From IMG/VR virus record IMGVR_UViG_3300021959_007301, positions 23,243 to 87,242 of that record: a DNA stretch of 64,000 bases; one strand, given 5' to 3'. The DNA comes from a virus. Position 1 is the stretch's first letter, and the number at the start of each line of letters is the position of its first letter. The position numbers and the translations under genes were made by a program. The notes beneath the pieces were generated by a model. It did no database searches, had not been told where the DNA came from, and saw nothing but the letters and a program-made list of their open reading frames with translations. Below, piece after piece: positions 56,740-64,000 of this stretch.

Positions 56740-58573
56740 TTGGAAAACAGTCTTAGTAACTATTGCGTTACTAGTCGGACTCAAAGTTTGGAATCCATAC
56801 ATCGTAGAAAACATTCAGTGGTCATGGTTCGATTTCTTACACCAACAACAAGAAAAGATTCACAGTAATGATATTGTCTTAGTAGACATAGACGAAAGGT
56901 CACTAGAAGAGTTCGGACAATATCCATTCAAGAGAGGTATCTACACTGATTTACTTCTCAACTCTCATTACACTAACACTCATGTGTTTACACAACTCTT
57001 TGCAAAACCTGATAGACAACCTGAGGAAGATTTAAAACTTGCAGAGGGACTAATCAACAGACTTACAATTTTATCTGCAGCTCCATCTGCACAAATACAA
57101 AAAGGTTCTGCGCCATTTGTTAACACTTCAGTGTTCGGTGGTGGAGACATAAAAAATTCTGCGTGGAATTTTACAGGAATCGTTGCACCTCTTCCTATCT
57201 TACAAGAGAACACATACGGTGTAGGAGTCACAACTGCAACTCCACCATTTAGTGGTACACCAAACTTTGACGGAACGGTGCGTAGTGCGCCGTTGATTGT
57301 TACTGCAAACGATGAGATTTACCCATCGATAGTGTTAGAAGTGTTACGTGCATATTACGACCAACCAAATTATCAGACAAGAGTCACAGAAGACGTAGGT
57401 ATTGAATGGATTCGTATGGGGAGAGAAGACCCTATAGAAACGACTCCAACAGGAGACATATTAATCTCCTATTGGAATCACTTTGAGAGAATCTCAGCAG
57501 TTGACCTTACGCAGTCAGATATTCAGGATAAGATTCTAATTTGGGGTCTAACGGCAGAGGGTCTGAATAATCCAGTTTCAACTCCAGTGGGTACAATGTA
57601 TCCCCACGAAGTTCAAGCCTCAATTCTCCAAACCGTCTTACAAGAAGTTCAAATACAACAATCCTACTATCTTGAATTTTTAGAAATTGTTCTTCTTCTG
57701 TCAGTCCTTCTAATAACGTTGGTAATGGTCTACAAACTTCCCACAACTCTTGGGGTGTTAGGTTGTCTAAGTGTTGTAGGATTTCAGGTGGGTGGGGGTT
57801 TATATTTGTGGACTTCAAGTCTCGTTCTTTTCGATACCTTCTACTCATCTATCGCCTCCTTGATAGTTTTCGGTCACGCATCATATAATCAATACTATAA
57901 GACTTATCAACTCAAGGAACAGATTAGAAAACAGTTCCAAAAGTATTTATCTCCTGACATGGTCAAACAATTACAAGACAACCCTGACATGTTAGTGTTA
58001 GGTGGACAAAGAAAGGAGATGACATTCTTGTTCATGGACATCTGTGGGTTTACTCCAGTGTCAGAATACTACAAAAACAACAATGACCCTGAAGGTTTAG
58101 TCGAACTTATTAATAAATACTTAGACACAATGACCAAAATTATACTTGCAAACGGTGGAACCATCGACAAGTATATGGGAGATTGTATCATGGCGTTTTG
58201 GAATGCTCCCTTAGACTGTGAAAATCACGCAGGTATGGCAGTTAAATCTGCAAGGGAAATTTCAGAAAAAGCAGATGAACTTATTACAGAACTTGAAGAG
58301 ATGGGTCTTCCTAGGATTGATGTTGGTATCGGTATCAACACAGGCGAATGCATTGTCGGAAACATGGGGTCAGAACTTAGATTTGACTATTCCGTCATTG
58401 GAGACGCCGTCAACTTGGCATCTAGACTCGAAGGACAGACTCGCAATTACGAGGGGGTACGAGTGTTGCTATCATCCACAACTGCTGGAAAGTGTCAAGA
58501 TGGATTCTTTACAAGAGTCGATTCGATTAAAGTTAAAGGAAAATCCGAATCAATTGAGGTCTATACCCTTTGA
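56732..58573 (+). CDS. CHASE2-domain membrane adenylate/guanylate cyclase
   Basis: IVLVDIDERSL...GQYP, DGTVR, three TM segments, FMDICGFT, DKYMGDCIMAFWNAP, GDAVNLASRLEG. Confidence 0.92.
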   Translation: MYSWKTVLVTIALLVGLKVWNPYIVENIQWSWFDFLHQQQEKIHSNDIVLVDIDERSLEEFGQYPFKRGIYTDLLLNSHYTNTHVFTQLFAKPDRQPEEDLKLAEGLINRLTILSAAPSAQIQKGSAPFVNTSVFGGGDIKNSAWNFTGIVAPLPILQENTYGVGVTTATPPFSGTPNFDGTVRSAPLIVTANDEIYPSIVLEVLRAYYDQPNYQTRVTEDVGIEWIRMGREDPIETTPTGDILISYWNHFERISAVDLTQSDIQDKILIWGLTAEGLNNPVSTPVGTMYPHEVQASILQTVLQEVQIQQSYYLEFLEIVLLLSVLLITLVMVYKLPTTLGVLGCLSVVGFQVGGGLYLWTSSLVLFDTFYSSIASLIVFGHASYNQYYKTYQLKEQIRKQFQKYLSPDMVKQLQDNPDMLVLGGQRKEMTFLFMDICGFTPVSEYYKNNNDPEGLVELINKYLDTMTKIILANGGTIDKYMGDCIMAFWNAPLDCENHAGMAVKSAREISEKADELITELEEMGLPRIDVGIGINTGECIVGNMGSELRFDYSVIGDAVNLASRLEGQTRNYEGVRVLLSSTTAGKCQDGFFTRVDSIKVKGKSESIEVYTL

Positions 58574-58883
58574 TTCAAGACCACGTGTAGACACATACAC
58601 AATGTCTGCATTTTGGTTATTACAATTTGCAGATGTTTGGACAACTGACAGAGGGATGGATTATGATTGTGTCTTTGAAGCAAATCCCCTTTTACCTGAA
58701 GTACCTAGTTTTGATAGACTGATATTACACAAGACATTATTTTTATCACCATTCTATACTCTAGAGGAAGAAGACTCACTTACATATGGAGATATGGTTC
58801 TGCCCTTTGTATTGACTGCATACGTAGTACATAACAACTTACAGGTAATTGACCGTGCATCACAACGTTGTAAAAAACGATAA
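58500..58883 (+). CDS. Membrane protein (DUF5658-like); start uncertain
   Basis: ADVWTT..G.....EANPLL motif; frame stays open upstream to 58218. Confidence 0.55.
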   Translation: MDSLQESIRLKLKENPNQLRSIPFDSRPRVDTYTMSAFWLLQFADVWTTDRGMDYDCVFEANPLLPEVPSFDRLILHKTLFLSPFYTLEEEDSLTYGDMVLPFVLTAYVVHNNLQVIDRASQRCKKR

Positions 58884-58915
58884 ATAAAATCATAATAATA
58901 ATAATGGAGTAAATC

Positions 58916-59122
58916 ATGCCCGTGAAATTTGGAAAAACTACTATACAGATTGATAGAAACACAAAAAAGAAATCTATCTCTCATGAATACATGAAGCAGA
59001 AAACAATTGATGAGTTAGTTGAGTTCTACAATGAGAACAAAAAACCTAAACTCAGACGTAAAGTAAAAATAGAAATCGAAAGAAGAAACAAACTTGGAAA
59101 ATCAAACATAGTATTCTCCTAA
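58916..59122 (+). CDS. Small basic hypothetical protein
   Basis: GGAG RBS; ORF. Confidence 0.65.
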   Translation: MPVKFGKTTIQIDRNTKKKSISHEYMKQKTIDELVEFYNENKKPKLRRKVKIEIERRNKLGKSNIVFS

Positions 59123-59126
59123 ATAG

Positions 59127-59205
59127 TATTGTTACAATTATGTGACAGTTCAATGACAAGTAGGTCACAACCGAAGAAGTCAAAGAATCACAGAACGTAA
59201 CAATA
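59127..59205 (+). ncRNA. Candidate structured leader RNA with loop-E-like motif
   Basis: Nested stems TATTGTTAC/GTAACAATA, TGTGA/TCACA, GAC/GTC, and AGTA-GGT-caca-ACC-GAA. Confidence 0.4.
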
Positions 59206-59220
59206 ACATAGGAGATTAAA

Positions 59221-59343
59221 ATGCAAAATTTAGCATCATGGTCTGCCAATGTGGGACACTTTCTCATTGACAGATTCAAAGCATACGACAAGCTAATGAA
59301 ACGGAATCAGTTTCATAAAGTTTGTAATAGATTTTTAAAATAA
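59221..59343 (+). CDS. 40-aa peptide
   Basis: Read manually; AGGAGA RBS; MQNLASWSANVGHFLIDRFKAYDKLMKRNQFHKVCNRFLK*. Confidence 0.55.
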   Translation: MQNLASWSANVGHFLIDRFKAYDKLMKRNQFHKVCNRFLK

Positions 59344-59450
59344 TTTAAAAAAACCACTTGAAAAAATAGTATTTGATACTATATAATAGTAGTGCATATG
59401 CGAATAATCGGTATGCACTATTTTAACTTGCTTAATAAAGGAGAAAAGTA

Positions 59451-59870
59451 ATGACTATCTTTGATGATATCTATGGGAGATCATTCCCATTCGCAATTGG
59501 GTTCGACAGAACTCTTCAACTGTTAGAGAAGGCTGCAACAGTCCCATCTAATGTTTCCTATCCACCTTACAACATTGTTAAGATTGACGATGAATCTTAC
59601 AGTGTAGAACTTGCAGTCGCAGGATTCAAGAGGGACGAAATCTCAATCTCAAAAGAGGCAGAGACTTTGACTATTGAAGGTAAGGTAGATTCTAAGGAAG
59701 AAAAGGAGTTCGTTCATAAAGGACTTGCTTCTCGTGCATTCAAGAGAACTTTCACACTCGCAGAAGAAATTGTTGTAGAGGGTGCAAAACTTGAGGATGG
59801 TATTTTAAGTGTTTCACTTAAGAGAGTAATTCCTGAAGAAAAGAAACCAGTTTCTATCGAAATTTCTTAA
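59451..59870 (+). CDS. Small heat shock protein Hsp20 (IbpA-like)
   Basis: YPPYNI, ELAVAGF, HKGLASRAFKRTFTLA, LEDGIL. Confidence 0.95.
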   Translation: MTIFDDIYGRSFPFAIGFDRTLQLLEKAATVPSNVSYPPYNIVKIDDESYSVELAVAGFKRDEISISKEAETLTIEGKVDSKEEKEFVHKGLASRAFKRTFTLAEEIVVEGAKLEDGILSVSLKRVIPEEKKPVSIEIS

Positions 59871-59939
59871 AAACCCCTAGACAGGACGTTACCCCTTGTT
59901 GTATAATGAGGGGTAACATAAATCTAGGAGAATTATATT

Positions 59940-60443
59940 ATGTTTAACCCTGAAATAGGTACACAAGTACCTGACGTTATTCTACCTATCAGAGTTGCAG
60001 GTGAGTGGCAGAATCTGAGTACTGGTGCCCAGTTTGCAGGAAAAAGAGTAGTGTTGTTTGGATTGCCAGGCGCATTTACCCCAACCTGTTCAACTAACCA
60101 AGTACCAGCATTTGATAAACTTGCTGACCAATTCTTTGCAAAAGGTATTAATGAAATTTATTGTGTATCAGTAAATGATACATTTGCAATGAACAAGTGG
60201 TTTGAAGATTTAAAAGTTCAGAACATCTTCCCATTACCTGATGGTAACGGAGAGTTCACAGAACTATTTGGTGCATCCGTAGAGAAAGCAAATCTAGGAT
60301 TTGGTATCAGGTCTTGGAGATATGCAGTTGTACTGAATGATGGTAAAGTAGAGAAAGTATTCTCAGAGGAAGGTTTTGGTGATAACATCGAGACTGACCC
60401 ATATGAGGTATCTACACCTGAGAATGTATTAGCAAATCTCTAA
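59940..60443 (+). CDS. Peroxiredoxin (Prx5-type)
   Basis: LPGAFTPTCS, SVNDTFAM, RSWRY. Confidence 0.92.
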   Translation: MFNPEIGTQVPDVILPIRVAGEWQNLSTGAQFAGKRVVLFGLPGAFTPTCSTNQVPAFDKLADQFFAKGINEIYCVSVNDTFAMNKWFEDLKVQNIFPLPDGNGEFTELFGASVEKANLGFGIRSWRYAVVLNDGKVEKVFSEEGFGDNIETDPYEVSTPENVLANL

Positions 60444-60506
60444 AAACCCACTTACCTAAACCACTCTTTTATAGTATAATGAAAGAGTGGTTTTTTTTGA
60501 GCATTT

Positions 60507-61619
60507 ATGGAACTAACTAAACAAGACACAATTCAAGTTGCAACGAAAGTTATGGAATACTTCCATGACTTTAATCGTATTGATGATTATTTTCGTGTAA
60601 GAAAAATTGAAAGGGTGAAAGACTTACCTGCACCATTGCTTGGTTTTGGACTTGAAGATGACATGTTCCAACAACATAATATGCATCCTATGGACATGAA
60701 TTTCGAAGTTGCAAAACTTCCTAATGAAACCTTTGATGCAATGATTGAAAAGGTTGCATCATTTTCACCTGATGAAAATCCAGGCAAGACTTTAAAACTT
60801 GTGGTGAAAGAAACCAACACTAATACTGTAGTTGGGTTCATTCGTTTTGGTTCACCACTAATTAACTCAAAACCACGTAATGTCTATCTTGGTCAGACAC
60901 CTGACTTAGATATCTTCAACAAACGTGCAATCATGGGATTTAATATTGTCCCTGTACAACCATTCGGATTTAATTATCTTGGTGGTAAACTTCTTGCGGC
61001 TGTGTGTTGTTCTCATGCAAGTCGTAGAATGTTAAATGAGAAATATAATACAGAGTTTTGTTTATTTGAAACTACATCTTTGTATGGTAACATCAAAGGT
61101 GCAAGTATGTACGATGGTATGAGACCGTATCTAAGATATAAAGGAGATACACAAAGTCAATTTCTTCTGACACTTGGCGAAGAAATATACTTTGAATTAA
61201 GAGATTGGTTTGAAACACGAAATGATAGCGAACCATTGATTCATAAAGGTGCATCATCACGTAAACTTAAAATGCAGACCAAGATGGTGGGTATTATTAA
61301 GTCAAATCTTAAAAAATATGACACTACTGCATATGAACACTTTTGTAAAGTGATGAATACTGCACAAGATGTAACGACACAGAAACGATTCTACATGTCA
61401 GAGTATGGTTACACAAATGTACGTGATGTATTATTGGGTAAAACAGAAACGCTAAATAAAGCTGAGAACTTTGATAGATTTGAATTTGAAAATGTCATTG
61501 CATGGTGGAAGAAACATGCATCGAAAAGATATGACAATGTTAAACAACAAGGTAGACTGAGAACAGAGTTAGAAGTATGGAATCAGGAAACCATGAACAA
61601 GATAGATATAATAAGATGA
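60507..61619 (+). CDS. Conserved phage protein, DUF4338/DruA-like motifs
   Basis: VGFIRFGSP....R, LGGKLLA, ETTSLYG. Confidence 0.55.
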   Translation: MELTKQDTIQVATKVMEYFHDFNRIDDYFRVRKIERVKDLPAPLLGFGLEDDMFQQHNMHPMDMNFEVAKLPNETFDAMIEKVASFSPDENPGKTLKLVVKETNTNTVVGFIRFGSPLINSKPRNVYLGQTPDLDIFNKRAIMGFNIVPVQPFGFNYLGGKLLAAVCCSHASRRMLNEKYNTEFCLFETTSLYGNIKGASMYDGMRPYLRYKGDTQSQFLLTLGEEIYFELRDWFETRNDSEPLIHKGASSRKLKMQTKMVGIIKSNLKKYDTTAYEHFCKVMNTAQDVTTQKRFYMSEYGYTNVRDVLLGKTETLNKAENFDRFEFENVIAWWKKHASKRYDNVKQQGRLRTELEVWNQETMNKIDIIR

Positions 61620-62008
61620 CAATAGGATTTACATGTGGTGCATTTGACCTCTTACATGCAGGTCATGTGGTTATGTTAAAACAGGCAAAAGAAAACTGTG
61701 ACCATCTTATTGTAGGATTACAGACAGACCCATCTATCGACAGACAAGAAAAGAATCAACCAGTACAATCTGTCTACGAGAGATTTGTACAATTAAATGC
61801 AGTGAAATATGTAGACGAAGTGATACCATATGACACTGAACAAAGTCTATTAGACTTGCTTGAGTCGACACCTATAGATGTTAGATTTGTAGGTGAAGAC
61901 TATAAAGACAAACACTTCACAGGTGAGGAACTACCGATTAAAGTGTTCTACACTAACAGAAAACATTCATTTTCAACATCATCGTTGAGGGATAGAATTA
62001 AGTTATAA
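61616..62008 (+). CDS. Cytidylyltransferase (TagD-like)
   Basis: GAFDLLHAGH, LIVGLQTDP, ER...VKYVDEV, R.HSFSTS. Confidence 0.9.
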   Translation: MTIGFTCGAFDLLHAGHVVMLKQAKENCDHLIVGLQTDPSIDRQEKNQPVQSVYERFVQLNAVKYVDEVIPYDTEQSLLDLLESTPIDVRFVGEDYKDKHFTGEELPIKVFYTNRKHSFSTSSLRDRIKL

Positions 62009-62083
62009 GCGGATATAGTATAACGGTTATTACTCCTGTTTACCAAACAGGGAATGTGAGTTCGATTCTCACTATCCGCTCCA
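62009..62083 (+). tRNA. tRNA-Gly with anticodon ACC
   Basis: Acceptor GCGGATA/TATCCGC, U73, encoded CCA; anticodon arm CCTGT-TTACCAA-ACAGG; T arm GTGAG-TTCGATT-CTCAC. Confidence 0.88.
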
Positions 62084-62090
62084 TTTTATT

Positions 62091-63431
62091 ATGCTAGATA
62101 AATTTTATACAGACCAAGAGATTGCAAAAACAATTAGGATTTTAGTGTATCCTAACATCACATGGCAGAAAGATTTGGAAAAAGATTCTTACGTTCAAGT
62201 GTTAAAGAATATGATTCGTGAAACACAAGGACATAATTTCTTTTGGCATATTATTTCTCCTGAGTATATTGATGGGTTGACCTTCGACAACACAGAACAA
62301 ATGTTTGCATCTTTACCGACTTATCCTCCTGCAATGAGAAGTCATTTTGATGTAATGCACATGAAAACTTTGCTTAGTCATGATAAAGATTTTGATATCG
62401 TGATGTCGCATTTACCTGAACATACACATCAACTAGTTAACACAATGTATAATCTAACACATCATACACCTAAGGTTATGGGGTATTCTCATTGGTTTGA
62501 CTTTGACCATATTGTTGCATGGTTTAAGGGCGCATTTAATCAGAATATGCTTGGTCTCTTAGAATACGAGAAGTGTTACATCAACACACAAGAACAAAAG
62601 AGGATGGTACTAGAACAAGCAAAACAAAGGTTTAATGAGTCTACAATAACTGATTTGGATAAGATACTACAAGTACAGCATCTAGGTGTTAGAGAAGAGG
62701 AGATTGTAGAACCAAATGACTCACCTGACAGGGTTATTGTATTCAATCATAGATGTGAAGCATACAAACACTTTGACCATTTTGTCTCATTGATGGATAA
62801 ACTATATACACAAAGACAAGACTTTAAAGTGTGGATACCTTTGTTTGAAGGTGATGTACCACGTGAGTACATGACAAATGAAAAGTTTGACAAAAGAGGA
62901 TACTATAACAAACTTAGAAATTGTTTGGTTGGATTTGCACCACAACAAAAGTATGGTGGTTGGAGTGTAGCTGCAACTGATGGTTTGATGAATGGGTGCC
63001 CTTATATTTTTTATGATGGTGCTTATTACCATGAACTACAGGGTAATGCAGAATTTTTTACAACAGATGAAGACGCCTTAACACTACTCAACAAACACTT
63101 GGATGATGGACAACATAGAAATGAACGTTCACGAATAGGTCAACAATGGTTAAAGGACAATCTATTATATAAGAATGAAATGGAAAAGATGATTGAAGAT
63201 ATTGAAATTATTGTTGACGACACTCATAGAATGAGTGAAACTGAAAAACTAGAAGAACTTATTGAAATTGTAAAAACACATGGTTCTATAACCAAATCAG
63301 AACTTTTTGGACATATGGGATGGGGTAGAGGAATTAAATGGACTCCTTACAGAAGTGCTTTAATGTCACACCCAAACATATTTGACTCTACCACATCTGA
63401 ACCTACTTATATTTGGAGAGAAATCCTATGA
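62091..63431 (+). CDS. GT-B fold glycosyltransferase-like protein
   Basis: IVFNHR...YK, YGGWSVAATDGLMNGCP resembling the GT4 nucleotide-sugar motif. Confidence 0.65.
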   Translation: MLDKFYTDQEIAKTIRILVYPNITWQKDLEKDSYVQVLKNMIRETQGHNFFWHIISPEYIDGLTFDNTEQMFASLPTYPPAMRSHFDVMHMKTLLSHDKDFDIVMSHLPEHTHQLVNTMYNLTHHTPKVMGYSHWFDFDHIVAWFKGAFNQNMLGLLEYEKCYINTQEQKRMVLEQAKQRFNESTITDLDKILQVQHLGVREEEIVEPNDSPDRVIVFNHRCEAYKHFDHFVSLMDKLYTQRQDFKVWIPLFEGDVPREYMTNEKFDKRGYYNKLRNCLVGFAPQQKYGGWSVAATDGLMNGCPYIFYDGAYYHELQGNAEFFTTDEDALTLLNKHLDDGQHRNERSRIGQQWLKDNLLYKNEMEKMIEDIEIIVDDTHRMSETEKLEELIEIVKTHGSITKSELFGHMGWGRGIKWTPYRSALMSHPNIFDSTTSEPTYIWREIL

Positions 63432-63739
63432 CCGAATTATTTGACACTGGAGTGTACAGAGTTGTCGACAATGATAAACTCAACATGACAGGAATAGAAA
63501 TCACACAGGCACCCTACGAGGGTGTCATTTTTGTATATGGTAAAGTTCAATTTGTTGAAGGTAAACAACATTTAAATTTTCAACGAAACATTGTTAAAGC
63601 GCCAGAAAGTGCAGACATAGATGAACTAAATAAAGATGCAAACTTACAAAAACTTATGGGTGACATTTTAGTGGAACTCATACAACATCAAGTGGAGAAA
63701 GATGATGCAGGAACAAGTGCAGATAACATGGACGATTGA
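63428..63739 (+). CDS. Conserved hypothetical protein
   Basis: IEI...PYEGVIFVYGKVQF...LMGDILVELI. Confidence 0.65.
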   Translation: MTELFDTGVYRVVDNDKLNMTGIEITQAPYEGVIFVYGKVQFVEGKQHLNFQRNIVKAPESADIDELNKDANLQKLMGDILVELIQHQVEKDDAGTSADNMDD

Positions 63740-63839
63740 TGGGGAAGAATTTTCCGAATGGACGATTATTGAGTATTCTTCAGAAGAAGATAAAGCGTCT
63801 AAAATCCAAGAACAAATCGATTTACGACAAGGAAGTTAA
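63702..63839 (+). CDS. Small hypothetical protein, 45 aa
   Basis: Read manually; GGAGA RBS. Confidence 0.4.
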   Translation: MMQEQVQITWTIDGEEFSEWTIIEYSSEEDKASKIQEQIDLRQGS

Positions 63840-63840
63840 C

Positions 63841-64000
63841 ATGAACAGAGAAGCAGTATTCGAACAACTTAAAATAGATGAGGGAGTAGTAAATGAAATC
63901 TACCTTGACCACCTCGGTTACCCAACATTTGGAGTTGGTCACCTTGTCCTCGAAAGTGACGAGGAACATGGACAACCAGTGGGAACTCCAGTCAATGAAG
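63841..64000 (+). CDS. T4-type lysozyme (endolysin), N-terminal part
   Basis: QLKIDEG....IYLDHLGYPTFGVGHL, matching the T4 lysozyme E11/D20/T26 region. Confidence 0.88.
   Translation, partial: MNREAVFEQLKIDEGVVNEIYLDHLGYPTFGVGHLVLESDEEHGQPVGTPVNE

Noticed and set aside
59356-59421. Sigma32-like promoter and hairpin upstream of hsp20
   Set aside because: CTTGAAA is present but the -10 element is a weak match; a single hairpin is not enough to call a thermometer or CIRCE element.

Overview
This is a 64-kb, AT-rich segment of a T4-like (myovirus-type) phage genome, most likely marine and infecting a heterotrophic proteobacterium (host is an inference). Almost all genes are on the + strand. In order: (1) 0-13 kb, baseplate and fibre region; (2) 13-17.4 kb, a glycosyltransferase and 2OG-Fe(II) oxygenase cluster; (3) 17.7-32 kb, the core virion module gp13-gp23 plus gp3; (4) 32-51 kb, uvsY, uvsW, gp55, gp47, gp46, peptide deformylase, CobT/CobS-like pair, gp45, gp44, gp62, regA; (5) 51-64 kb, an accessory region with a CsgF/CsgG/curlin-like + FecR + CHASE2-cyclase module, IscU, Hsp20, peroxiredoxin, a tRNA and the start of a lysozyme. 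Most striking: two adjacent gene pairs (1974-4006 and 11102-12919) encode Pro/Gln/Tyr/Thr-rich repeat proteins whose 6/8/10-residue units mirror each other in reverse order with a fixed partner code, suggesting antiparallel heterodimeric fibre 'zippers'. Other highlights: a tandem glnA-type glutamine riboswitch ahead of an unannotated 49-aa basic ORF on the - strand, a tRNA-Gly with the rare ACC anticodon, a PRMT-like methyltransferase between the terminase genes, and several candidate structured leader RNAs. All family calls come from motif recognition by eye; no searches were run.
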